Notes under the pieces: generated by a model
Seen by the model: the letters and a program-made list of their open reading frames with translations, nothing else
Database searches by the model: none
What the model was told of the DNA's origin: nothing
Position numbers and translations under genes: made by a program
Part shown: piece after piece, positions 1 to 11,204 of the stretch
Position numbering within the stretch: the stretch's first letter is position 1
Layout of the letters: each line of letters begins with the position of its first letter
Assembly: GCA_977018835.1 (NCBI GenBank)
Contig: OZ361257.1
Span: forward strand, 3,534,001 to 3,598,000
Direction: 5' to 3'
Source of the DNA: Minutocellus sp. GHC0000111
Taxonomy: Eukaryota
Length of the DNA stretch: 64,000 bases

Positions 1-1044
1 AAAATGGCAAAGAATTATGGCTGATGCTTGTCTACATCCATTTCAATCCTCCCTGACCGGCATTACTTTCACTTGGGTAATATTGGGAGCAAGTTTGCGC
101 CAGAGGGTCGATATTGGGCCCCATCTTTGTATCATTGTGGCCGTCACCATGGAAAGCAAAAACATCTGAAAGTAGCAAATCCCCATTTACAACCCCCTTC
201 AAGCCTCAACCACTGTTCCTTCACGCAATATCAGCACGCACGATGCTCATTCTATATTACATCCATCGATCTCACGTGTTGGTTTGGCCGCTTTCTCCGG
301 TTTCGTTCCTCTCGGGCGGCAGAAGCAATGAAGGTGAAATCTGGTGCCGACATCAGACACGGGACTTTGGGAAATAGTTTTCTCTATGAATTGTCAAGAA
401 ATGCCACCACCCCCCACTCAAATGCGCTTGGTATATATATGGGTGAAGCGTCGACGGCTCAGTGCAACGGAAGTGGTGCATGGACCGCATAAAAGCATCC
501 GGACCAACTTTCGGATGGGTGGTGTAATGGGGGTGGTAATGGCGCTGGGCCACATTTCGCGGTACAGGCACGCACCGACGCACCGCTATCGCCCAAAAAT
601 CCCTTCCAGTAATATTCAGGAAGGCATCTAGGTGGTCAGAGTGTATGCGATGGCCGGGGTGGTGCTGTACATCGGGCGAACATGGTCGTGATGGAACGTC
701 GGAAACTGTCGAAAAAATCGGGTCTAACGCGAACGAATTTTTCAAGGCTCAAAAAAGTAATTGCAAGTCTCCTGCTGCACCACAGTGTTGTGAAAGGCTA
801 TTACAAGGGTATGGTGCCCCGTAGTCTTGATTGTTCTCAATGGGAGGCACGTCGGCGACACATGTTGTGGCCCCATTCGTTGAACGAAATGGGTTTTGTT
901 TCGTAATAAAGTTTGATGTATTTTTTCTTTCTTGAAACAGCACAAGTGTATTCTACGACATAAAAATAAATTTTCAAACAATAGTGTACCAAAAGAAACA
1001 CTCTAATACCGTATCTATATCATGTGCTAAAAGAGCACCAAGAT

Positions 1045-1131
1045 CATTGTACCAACTTCCTTTTATTGTTGATTATGGTCTACAATACCCTTCTGAGTAA
1101 GGATCATCAATAAAAGGAAGTTGGTACAATG
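1045..1131. repeat. Perfect 24-bp inverted repeat (hairpin) with 39-bp spacer
   Basis: CATTGTACCAACTTCCTTTTATTG (1045-1068) is the exact reverse complement of CAATAAAAGGAAGTTGGTACAATG (1108-1131); pairing extends a few bases inward with one mismatch. Confidence 0.9.
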
Positions 1132-1414
1132 TTTACGAAACATCGCGGAGGGGGTGTCTGCTCTCTCGTGAAATCACTCTCTAGCTAGCTAGACTCTAGC
1201 TAGAATGCTAACGAGTGTACATCGATATGCGACCGACCGCCTGCGCCGCCGCCTTGCCCGTGCATGGTGCCGAACAAGTACATGTACCTGCATTTGCCCT
1301 CCTCTCCTATCAATATCCTCATCCTCCTTCACTCGTCTGATGATAGTCTAGCTCTAGCTAGAGATCCACAACCAGAACTGGCTGCGATTTCAACAACATT
1401 ATCGTAATGTTGTG

Positions 1415-3208
1415 ATGTCTGGTGGTGGTGGCTTGTTTTCCGGCCTGATTGGTCGTCGTCGTCAAGAGGCGGAGGATCGCAATGGTGATCGTGATGACTT
1501 GGAGCCGCAATTTCCAACGACGACTCCACCCACCGGATATGGTTCGATTGGTAACAATGAAGGTATTGGCGGTGGAGATGTGAATGAGGAGGAGGTGGCA
1601 ATCAGCGGGGCACTGCTGCCTGGAGCTGAACCTCCAGATCGACCAAGTGCGCCGACTCCCACTGAAGAAACACAGGCGCCAGCCATACCGCCCATCGTCA
1701 ACCCAGAAGATGTGGAAAGCGAGGAGGAGGAGGTCCAATCCCTGACGCAGCGATTACGCTGTCTGTTTACTGTGCTGACTGTGAGTGCGCCGTTTGGATT
1801 TGGACTTGGCATTTCCCTTGCTTGGCATGCATGTCTGTCAAAAGGGGGGTCTTCATTTGCTACACACATTCATCGATATCGACATCTCAATATCTCGTGT
1901 TATATCTTTTATGCTTCCATTTAATGTTTCCGTATTCAGTTACCAATTATTCCCATCGGAACGGCTCTATCGTTTCTTCTACTGTTCGTCTTGTATGCTG
2001 CATTTGTGACAGACCTACATCGACAGTGTTCGGCGCCGCTGCACGGATACGCCATCATAAGTCTTGTACTGTTCATCTATGCACCTAATCATCGGGCTAT
2101 CAAGTTTCATCTCTTCCACTACTCTCGGGAGAGGGATGGTCCCAACCGACCACGCAGTGTTCGGGTCTATGATCAGGCCTTTCAAACAATATGCATATTG
2201 TATGTTTACTTTGGAATGACGCTCATCCAAACCTGCGTTGATGATACGACGACTGTGCCCATTGATAATAGTGATGGTGGCAACATAGGTAAGAGCAGTG
2301 GTGATGGAAGTGGTGCTGGATCAGCCATGGCAAGTGCCGTAGGATTGGGTGTGCAGCCATTGGCAACGATGGATTCTGATACGGCTCATGCCATGACAAT
2401 GAGCACTTGCGAAGTGACCTGCCCGGCCTTGTATGCTTCCACAAAGACCTTTGTTGCGACGTTGCAGCTATTCTTCCTGGTTCTAGTTATGCCTCTTCTG
2501 ATGCTGCCATGCATCTATGTCTGGGTTGTGCGAAGAGCGAGTGCGGTGGCTGCCCTGGCGGAATTAGGGAGAGGCGGTGGCGGTGACTTTGATGAAGATG
2601 ATGGCGGCGGTGGGCGATCTTACACCGCTCGAGAGATCTTAAATGGAATGGACATTGTCAGGTTCATCTCCTCCTCGCCTCCTGGTGCCAGTGGCAACAA
2701 CAGCAGCGACAAAATCAAAATTGTCACCCTAGCAAAAGGAGTGCCACCAGGGGGTGACGTGGAAGAGGGACTAGGCCTGGGTGGTGGCAGCAGCGGTGGT
2801 GTGACGAATGCATTGACCTCTTCGATGCCATCTTATTATCGAGATCGAGACGATGTGAAAGAATGCTGTATCTGCATGGCTGAATTTCGCTTAGATGACA
2901 CGGAACTTCCGGAGGAACTTGCCCAGCTCGCTCGTAATCGAGACGTGATGAGAGTTTCTGGAGACTTTATCGTTCGGACAAAATGCAATCACTTCTTCCA
3001 CATTAGATGCATCGGTGGGTGGATTGGTGGACAGTGGGCAGAACAGGGCGACACAATGGAATCCCAAAGGGCGCGTCGAAGAGCTTGTCCCCTCTGTCGA
3101 GAGGATCTAGCCCCGATATCTGCCTCAGAAAGGGCAAGCAGCGGCATATCTGGAGTGGATCGCGCCGTGGTAGAATCGACGGCTCTACTCGAGCCTGCTC
3201 TCATGTAA
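1415..3208 (+). CDS. Transmembrane RING-H2 E3 ubiquitin ligase
   Basis: Exons 1415-1780 and 1940-3208; the GTGAGT...TTCAG intron keeps frame (LRCLFTVLT|LPIIPIG). Several hydrophobic helices and a C-terminal CCIC...C-x-H-x2-H-x2-C...CPLCR RING-H2. Confidence 0.88.
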
Positions 3209-3391
3209 ACTATGGGTCACGCCGACGAGAAAATTGCCTTGTTTGGCGTTATGTATCACATAAATAAGTGCATATTCTTTACATATTAAATATTAAGTAT
3301 AGCAGTGAACATCAATAAACCAACATAAAACAAAATCTTGAGCAAGTAGTGGCCGATGCATAAACCAAAGGCTTCTTGCTTCTTCTTTCTA

Positions 3392-4435
3392 CTAAAGCCC
3401 GCTTGGACACAGGCAACTTCGCCAGCAAGTGAGATAGTCCATGAGTGAGGATGATACCTTGGACTTGCTACTTCCACTCCTCGCCGATAATCTCCGGTAC
3501 ATGGACCACTCGCCATTCTTGTACATGAGAAGACCCTCATGATTTATCACCATTGGCACCACCGACGTCGCTCTGGGATGGAGACGCTCATAGATGCGCG
3601 CGAATCTCAATGCCTGTGCTTTGCACTTCCTCTGTCGGGCGGCTTCGTCGTCCAACGGTGCCGCTGTCGACTTACCCGGCGATCCGCTGTCGGCAGCACT
3701 TGCCTTGTGAGCCTTCCTTTGCCGTTGCTCCGATATCGTGGGGAAACCAAGTTTAACGACCGCGAAGTTGCCTCGTCCATCCGCCAACACCATGTCGCCC
3801 TTCCCGACGACCACATTGCGCGACATTCCGGCGATGGCCTCCCATCTCCATTCATGTAGATACGGGTAGTCGGTATCAGCCGAGTTGGCCAGAAGCTTCT
3901 GCGCCGCTTTGAAGTTCGCCTTGGACACTCCGTCATGTCTGTCGTATTTCACGAGCTTTTTCCGAAGTGCCACATCGCGGTTGACGAACTTGGCGAGCCC
4001 GGCCGGATACGATTCCGGTGGCGGAGCACCGGCGATGGCACTGCCGGCGGGCGTCGATCGGCCGCTGCGATTGCCGTCGGCGTTGGCACCGTCGTCGTTC
4101 TCGGCCACCTCCAAGTGTGGGTCGCTGCCAATAAATGTGTTGTAGTCAGTTTCCTCTTCATCGTCCCAGTCGTCTTCGAGAGCATGATCGTCGCCATCTC
4201 CGGCCTCGTCGGCCATGCTATCGAACGTTTCGGCACCCTCGAGGCCGTACTTCAAGTCGAGGTGCTTCTCGGCCCGTTTCTTCTGCTCCTTCCTGGCTCG
4301 GATGATGTCGAGGGCATCGACGAGAGTGTCCCACGAAAGGGCGGCTCCCGTGGTGCAGTCGAACGCACGTGGAGAGCCCATGTTATTGGAGCTGTCCAAA
4401 CCAATCGGCTTTTGGTCCTGGTGCGTGGAAGCCAT
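3392..4435 (-). CDS. Hypothetical protein (347 aa)
   Basis: ATG-initiated ORF with GC-rich coding-like codon usage and an acidic tract; no family recognised. Confidence 0.7.
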   Translation of the reverse strand: MASTHQDQKPIGLDSSNNMGSPRAFDCTTGAALSWDTLVDALDIIRARKEQKKRAEKHLDLKYGLEGAETFDSMADEAGDGDDHALEDDWDDEEETDYNTFIGSDPHLEVAENDDGANADGNRSGRSTPAGSAIAGAPPPESYPAGLAKFVNRDVALRKKLVKYDRHDGVSKANFKAAQKLLANSADTDYPYLHEWRWEAIAGMSRNVVVGKGDMVLADGRGNFAVVKLGFPTISEQRQRKAHKASAADSGSPGKSTAAPLDDEAARQRKCKAQALRFARIYERLHPRATSVVPMVINHEGLLMYKNGEWSMYRRLSARSGSSKSKVSSSLMDYLTCWRSCLCPSGL

Positions 4436-4615
4436 TGTGATGGATATCGATGGACGACCAGCGCAGAGCGAGCGACGTGGAACAGGTCTGCACTTGCAAG
4501 ATTGATGCGGCTCGTGGTTCGATGGCGAGGCGGGTTTGGGCGGCCGCGTGGGCGTTTCGGCCGACCGCCGACCGCCACTTTCATGGAGACAGTAGCCGCT
4601 TACTAGTACGCTTGT

Positions 4616-4631
4616 CTAACCCTAACCCTAA
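4616..4631. repeat. Short telomere-like (TAACCC)n tract
   Basis: CTAACCCTAACCCTAA, about 180 bp upstream of the 4435 start codon. Confidence 0.45.
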
Positions 4632-4734
4632 AAGAAGAACGCGCCTGCCGGCCCCGCAACGGTCGGTTGAGCAACCAACCTCCCTCCTTGGCTGGAGCGA
4701 CACGGAGCGAGCAATGTTCGCCACTCAAAAGTGC

Positions 4735-5080
4735 TTCTAGATCTACATTAGAAGATTCTTGTAAGTAGTACCGGTAAGATAGATACAAGCAGCAGGATTT
4801 TCTCTAGGAGTAGTTACATAGCTAGCTAGCCAAACATGCAAAAATACATGTAATAGACGGAACGGCCGACAAGGCAGGCGTGTCGTGTGTAGATCTACAT
4901 GTGTAGATCTAAGATCTAGCTAATGGTGGTGTGTGTCGTTGGTAGTGAGATTTGACCATTGGTCTTTGTAGCAACGATCACCTAACTCCTACATGTACTA
5001 GCGGCATTCTTTGCTGATTTGTAATATGTGTGTAGTATATACATACATGTTACAATATATATACACGTAGATCTAGGAAC
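4735..5080. repeat. Cluster of TA-flanked short palindromes
   Basis: TAGATCTA (4738, 4890, 4904, 5068), TACCGGTA (4769), TACATGTA (4845, 4990), TAGCTAGCTA (~4819). Confidence 0.75.
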
Positions 5081-5084
5081 CAAT

Positions 5085-6758
5085 CTATGAAAAATGCCAA
5101 AGATCAACGCCTTCCTCTCTTCCAATTGATTTCACATTCTTCTCCAATACTCCATTTGTTCGGTACATGGCGACACATACCACCACTGGAAGTTTTGTCA
5201 ATGATTCAACTTCTAAATCTGTGGAATCTTTGGGTCCGAGATTGTGCAGGAGTTTTCTCTTTTTCACTGGTGTGGAAGTTACATCATCAACATGATTGAT
5301 ATTCTTCCTCTTCTTCCTTGTTGATGTCCCACCATCTTCACGCATTTGCGTACCGGTACCACCAAATGTTGCGCCATCAGGAATCTGCTCTTTCTTTGCC
5401 CCCTTGGTTATCCTACCAAAGCTGATATCGTCTTCAAGACACATTCGTCTCACATCCGGATCTTTGGCAAGCAATGAAAAGTGAACAATGGGAATCTTGA
5501 TGCCGAGATCGCGGTTGGCGTAGAACCCAGCGGTAATCTTCTTCTCGTCGACGTCCACGAAGCATCTCACCCTCCCCCGTAGATCAGGACTTAGCGACTT
5601 GAAGAAATCTTTTCCGTCCCTACCAGCTCCCCATATCACAAAGTCGGAGTCAGCCCATCGCGGATCGGTCCGAAGGATGCTGTCCTCGAATGCCATAACT
5701 CGCAGATTCAACAGCAGCTTCCGTGGAGTGGAAGAGCTCTGCGACTGTCCAGCCCTGTGGCGGTACGTCACCAGGGGCTGGCTTGTTCGGTGCAGCTTGA
5801 GCAAGCCCCCCGAAGCGCGCAAATGCTCATGAAAGAAGCGCAAGTCTTCCGCTAGACGGAGAGTATGGGGCGTGTCGTGCTTAGCATGGATCAGACGATA
5901 TCGCCTACTGCTGCCTTCTTCGTTGCTCGATCTGTGTTCGCAATCTTCATTTTTCCCAGAATTATGTTTCTCCGAGAATTTTTTCTCTGCAGTACATGTA
6001 TTGGGGTGCGGTGCCTCGACGTATCCACCCAGTTCCTCAAACCGCGTTCGGGAAAGGAACCACGTTGGCTGTAGCAATGTTACCTCTCTGTATCGTTCCA
6101 ACAATAAACGTTCATCACTCAGTCCGTTCGCCCATTCGGAGTAGTGCCAAGTTGATCCAGCCGGTATTCGGTCGAACGTACATCCTATCAAAGTTCGTTC
6201 TCGTCGATTGTCATCCCCCTCTGGTATGGATATCATCGCATTCAACTGTTCTGCTATTCGGAACGGGTGCATAATGTCGTCGGAATCCAGCAAGCAAAGA
6301 TACGACAATGGTGGTGGCGTTGGAGTGCAAGATGGGCCGTCATCATGAGCGCGCAGCTCTGTGGCTCTGTTTCGGGCATATCCAGCACCTCTTGCCACAC
6401 CATCTGCGTTGGTTCCAATGAGCAAACGGGTACGTATTCTTCTCGATGCCCCCACCGGTGGCGATGTGCTTGCGGCTTTTGTTTCATCACTTTTCTGCTG
6501 CATAGACATCTCCTCCAGTATTTTCAGACTTTCATCCATCGATCCGTCGTCGTGACAGCACACTGCAACATCGATATCAATATTGGATAGGCAATCGATG
6601 CCCTCCTCGGAAGGCGAGGAACCGTTCAGTGTTTTTGGAATCCATTGATTCAGGGCTGACTCGACTGTCTCCCTTATCGTTTCAGAGGCGTTGTGCACTG
6701 GGACAATCACATCCACTTGAACACATGAGTTGATGTCGGAGATTGCATTCCGTTTCAT
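5085..6758 (-). CDS. B3GNTL1: Glycosyltransferase family 2, B3GNTL1/QTGAL-like (queuosine-tRNA galactosyltransferase homologue)
   Basis: VDVIVPVHNA, DDGS, RGAGYARN, YLCLLDSDD, QPTWF, EDLRFFHEHL, FVIWGAGRDG, VDVDEKKI and the C-terminal EGVDLWHFS all match the recalled motif order of human B3GNTL1. First in-frame ATG at 6758. Confidence 0.85.
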   Translation of the reverse strand: MKRNAISDINSCVQVDVIVPVHNASETIRETVESALNQWIPKTLNGSSPSEEGIDCLSNIDIDVAVCCHDDGSMDESLKILEEMSMQQKSDETKAASTSPPVGASRRIRTRLLIGTNADGVARGAGYARNRATELRAHDDGPSCTPTPPPLSYLCLLDSDDIMHPFRIAEQLNAMISIPEGDDNRRERTLIGCTFDRIPAGSTWHYSEWANGLSDERLLLERYREVTLLQPTWFLSRTRFEELGGYVEAPHPNTCTAEKKFSEKHNSGKNEDCEHRSSNEEGSSRRYRLIHAKHDTPHTLRLAEDLRFFHEHLRASGGLLKLHRTSQPLVTYRHRAGQSQSSSTPRKLLLNLRVMAFEDSILRTDPRWADSDFVIWGAGRDGKDFFKSLSPDLRGRVRCFVDVDEKKITAGFYANRDLGIKIPIVHFSLLAKDPDVRRMCLEDDISFGRITKGAKKEQIPDGATFGGTGTQMREDGGTSTRKKRKNINHVDDVTSTPVKKRKLLHNLGPKDSTDLEVESLTKLPVVVCVAMYRTNGVLEKNVKSIGREEGVDLWHFS

Positions 6759-7029
6759 TGTGTTGTTATTGTTGAGCGATAGCACATGCTGCTCAAGATG
6801 CCTGTGGGTCGGTCACTACTCAGTACTCTCGGCCTCGAACGAGTGGACGGACTGGTATGGTATGGTTGGACTGACGATGACTGGCTGGCTGCTGCGCTCG
6901 CGGAGTGAATTTCATCTGGCCGTCGTACGTGTATGCGTCATGTTTGCGTCGAAGAAACCCCTTCTTGAGCCGCGATCTTCGTCTCGTGCTTGTTTGCTGG
7001 TCTCATTTTTGTCCAGCGACTCATCAACG

Positions 7030-7488
7030 ATGAAGATACCCTGCTTGCCCCTCCTCGCCTCAACGGCATTTGCTTTTGCACCCACCACAATATCTTCAAA
7101 TCGCCCGGCGACGCATCTTTCCCTGTATGACCGTGTAGAGGAAGCGATTGCCGAGGCCAATCGCGTCTGCGCTCAGAGTGGCCCTGGATCAAAAGAATGC
7201 GCTGTTGCATGGGACATCGTCGAAGAGCTGGAGGCGGCTGATAGCCACCGGGGCGGACCGATGCAGGGAGGGGGGGGTGCCGTCAACATGTCTACCGATG
7301 GACAGGCCTTGATGAGCAGTTTCAACATTCTCCTTGCCAAAATCGATGGGAAGATGGACCAGGCCTTGGCAACCACCGAAAAGCTCGCGGAGCTCGGCCT
7401 TCGGGATCCGGAAATTGCCGACCTCCATCAGAGGGCATATGAGATGAAGGAGGCTGTTTGGAACGCCAGGAGATCGCTGGGCCAGTAA
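7030..7488 (+). CDS. Plastid-targeted CP12-domain protein
   Basis: Signal peptide then AFAP presequence (ASTAFAFAP); C-x8-C pair followed by the CP12 core AVAWDIVEEL; helical C-terminal extension. Confidence 0.85.
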   Translation: MKIPCLPLLASTAFAFAPTTISSNRPATHLSLYDRVEEAIAEANRVCAQSGPGSKECAVAWDIVEELEAADSHRGGPMQGGGGAVNMSTDGQALMSSFNILLAKIDGKMDQALATTEKLAELGLRDPEIADLHQRAYEMKEAVWNARRSLGQ

Positions 7489-8540
7489 AAAGCTTGCACT
7501 CGGGTGTTGGAGATGGTTGGCGCTTTCCGCCTCACTCGCACCTCGGTCGGGGAGTCTCAAAGTACAAAAGTTCAAACTCACGCTAGCGAAAGGAACCATT
7601 AGTAGAGACACAACCGTGCCATTTGAATGCGATCATTCCAGCATGAAGCAGATGATCGCATTCGGCATGATTGGATTTGTTGATATCAAAAAAATACAGC
7701 CAGATAGCTTTTTTGGCCACATCCAACTGTAAGAACTTTTGATTAAGAACTTTTGATGATGACCAGTAGCATACGGTACGCTTAAAATTTTTAACTTTGA
7801 AAAGAAACAAAATTTACGCATCTGCAATACATTTGTAACTCCAATATATGTTCATGCTGTAGCGAGCTAGCTAGATCTAGGAGCCATGTCAAATACCATT
7901 TCTGATACTGTTTGGTGCATCTACGTAGTTGGTTCTCCTTCGGTGCAGTGTAGTTATCACGTTGCACCGTTTACAAGTTTTATAATATGAAAAGAAAGTG
8001 ATCAAACGATCAAACGTCCTGCTAACAGTTTTGTGATCGGTCTGAAGATAGATGGATCTTTCTACCGTTGCAAACTTACAGATTTGTAGTTGAATATATT
8101 AGAAGCCTTGTCCTGGATTTTCAACTGTAGTAAAACATTCTACGGCAAGTTCCGTGTATTCTTTTGTGGCCCTTTCTGATTGCTTTCTTTTTTTGTTTTC
8201 CAAGGACCTACCGGTGCCGGTAACTTGCCGAAATTTCCGTCACTGTAGGAAGACATTGACGTGCTGGCTACTGTCTCAAATTCATTTGAAGGTACTTGAG
8301 TATATGAAGAAGTCTATTGTGAATTTGAGACTGTAGTGAGGGATTCAGTAGCGAGTTACATGCATTACCGTAACGGTCTGGGCCTTCGCCCTGGGCATCG
8401 CTTGATCTTTTGAATTCGTTGAGTAACTCTTTAGCTTTCGTGAAAAGTAGAATAAGAGGGTTAAAAATTATTGGAGTTCCCCTCGAAATCAGTTCACAAC
8501 ATCCAACACGAAATCACCAAATGCACAATAAGCAAGCAAG

Positions 8541-11017
8541 ATGAGCCAAGGAGGGTACTACGGCAACCCGCCTCCGGGCACTGGGTACAACGGCGGTCCG
8601 CCGCCTCCGCCCCCCGGCCACGGTCGCCCCGACGGTACCTACCCCGTGTACCAGATCGACTTCACGGCGGTCGCCAGCGGCAAGCGCATCGCCAGCACCA
8701 AGCGGAGGGTCCGATGGTAAGGGTTCCAGCAGCTAAATTCCTCGCACGCAACAGACTCCCGACCAAAGACGACGAAGGATGCCGGAGACGAAGGGAGGCG
8801 GTTCGTTACCGGAGGTTGCGTTGGTGCTATTTTGTCGAGATATATGTGGAGGGGAGGGCTGATTATCTTTCGATGTCGGGTGACATCGGTGATCATCGGC
8901 ATTTCGCGGCATTTGATTATGGCCACGATTCATTTGCTCCCCTGGCCCCGCAACACCATGATGATGGACAAACCCTCTCTGGTTCGGACGTATTGTACCT
9001 CGAGAAAGATGATCGGGGTCGAATGTGCGCTGCAAATCAATTATTGATTGACATTTGCGTGCATTGCTTTCGATTCCATCGCGGTTACGTGGTCCATGCC
9101 GAGATGTGCCGGCGGTCTCGATCGGCTTTTGGAACGGGATCTTCCGCCGGTCTTGGCTGGTCGGAAGTCGGGAGCGGGCATCATTTATCTTTGGCTCCAG
9201 TTTTTGTCCGATTAATGAGCAATTGTGTGGCCCGGGTGATTCAGTGGCACTCCTTGTAGTCTTTCATACGGATAATCGCTTGCCGGATCAATTCCTCTTT
9301 TTCCCTTTCCGATATATCATATGCTCATCGTCCGCCTTGCTCCTTCTTGTTGTTGTTTTATTTGAATTCATCTCTCCAGGCGCTTCGGCTTCACGAACCA
9401 AGATGCCCTGGCCAATGGTGAAACTGGCACTGCTTGTCGTGGAGAGGAGCATGATATTACTCTCGTGTGGTCCATCACCTCCGGGAAGCGGCTGCTCCTC
9501 GCTGACGGTCAGGAGGTCCACTTCTCCGTCAGCCGATCGCAGGTGTTTGAATTCAGCTGGACCATGAAGGGCAACCACGTCCTCAAGGTCATTGCCTGCG
9601 CCACCCCACCGATGAACGCTGGCCCTGGATTCCGCCAGTACGACTTCTACGTCGACGGCAAGTCCTTCTTCTCCTTTCCCAAGGTGTACCGGCTCGGTCT
9701 GCGTGGTGGCGGCGGCGGCGGTGGTCCACCCAGTGCCGCCCTCGCCTCGCAGCGCTACACCAACGGCCCTCCGCGTACTAGCAGCGATCAGAACATCGCC
9801 GCCATTGAGATGCCTCACAATGCCAATGAGGAAGAAGCCTATTTGCAGGAGGCCATCAAGCAATCTCTTCAGGACAACTCGGCGCCAGGAGCCCCCGCCG
9901 CACCGAAGGAAGAGAACTTGCTTTTGGACTTCTTCGACGATCCTGCTCCCCCTGCTGGTGCTGCTCCTGCTGGGCAGATGGTGGCCGTCCCTCCCTCGCC
10001 AGCGGCCTCCTCTCAGTTTGCTTCGCCTCCCCCTGCCGCTGGAGGGCCTCCCGGTAGCTTTACCATGGCTCCGCAGCCATCCTTGGGCACCATTAACGCA
10101 AGCGTGAGTTCTGAGCATTCTCTTTCTTGTTGGGCACAAGACCACATCGTTTATCATATATTACTTGGACAACCCTCTCACTTGTATCTCTTCCGTGCTC
10201 TCTTGTCCAATAGTTCGACTCTACCCCCGCCCAGCAGGCACCTGGGTCGTTTGCCTCGCCTCCTCCTGCTCAGCCCATGGGTTTTGCTTCCCCTCCTCCT
10301 GCTCAGCCAGTCCCTGCCCCCGCGGCTCCCGATGGTTTTGGTTTTGCTTCGCCTCAGCCTGCGGCTCCAGCTCCTCCGGCTTACGCCCAGCAGCAGCCGG
10401 CACCACCTGCTCCTATGCCTGCCCCTGCCCCTCCTGTTGTCGCTCAGCCCGAGCCCCAGCAGCAAGCACCTCCTGGACAGCTCAGCATGTTTGCTCCCGC
10501 ACCGGCAACAGCGGCATCTAATGCGGACCAGGCCTATCAGAATATCGCAAATATGGGAGACTTTGGTTTGGATAGCAAGAATCCTTTCGGTGCGCCAGCT
10601 CCTGCTCCTCAGCTGAATCAGACCCTTGGTGAGATGAAGACTTCAGCTCCAGCTCCTCCCAAGCAGAGTGTTATGAACGCTCCTCCGCCGGGTGCCATGG
10701 TGGTTTCGCAGAATCAGTCGAACCAGTGGGGCAGTCAGATGGGTGGCGGCATGCCAGGTGGCCAGATGGGTTCCATGGGTGGACCGCCTCCTGCAATGGG
10801 GGGAAATCAGTATGGTGCTCCCCCTCCAATGCAACAGCAGCCCATGATGCAGCAGCAGGGATATGGTGCCCCGCCCCCGATGCAGCAGCAGCCCATGATG
10901 CAGCAGCAGGGATATGGTGCCCCACCCCCGATGCAGCAGCCTCAGCAGGGATATGGTGCGCCGCCTCCAATGCAGCAGCCACAGCAGGGATATGGCGCTC
11001 CCCCTCCCCAATTCTAA
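8541..11017 (+). CDS. FAIM-like beta-domain protein with UIM, clathrin-box-like and NPF motifs and a Pro/Gln-rich tail
   Basis: Exons 8541-8716, 9380-10103, 10214-11017; GTAAG/CAG and GTGAG/TAG introns keep frame. Motifs: HDITLVWSITSGKRLLLADGQEV, EEEAYLQEAIKQSLQD, LLLDFFDD, KNPFG. Confidence 0.8.
10811..11014 (+). repeat. Coding tandem repeat YGAPPPMQQ(Q/P)... x5
   Basis: Five TATGGNGC-initiated units encoding YGAPPP followed by Gln-rich spacers. Confidence 0.9.
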
Positions 11018-11204
11018 GTCTCGTATTTCCTGTGAAGGGATGAATAGAAAGCAACGCGTGATAGAAAGGGCGAATGAATATTTGATTTTATACAGTAAAC
11101 ATATGTTGAACAAAAGTTTTTGATGTTTTATTACCTCTATATACGTAGCTAGCTACGTGGTAGTAAGAAACAGATAGTAGATTGCAGAGTGGCATAAGAT
11201 GTAG

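Noticed and set aside
1..960. Short ORFs or possible transposon remnant
   Set aside because: No recognisable domain, stops in all frames and no termini identified.
4616..4631. True telomere
   Set aside because: Only about 2.5 units and internal; at most a telo-box-like motif.
8471..9259. 262-aa ORF as a separate gene
   Set aside because: Off-frame overlap of exon 1 and intron 1 of the 8541-11017 gene.
10811..11014. CRISPR-like repeat-spacer pattern
   Set aside because: In-frame coding repeats in a eukaryotic gene; no unique spacers or cas genes.
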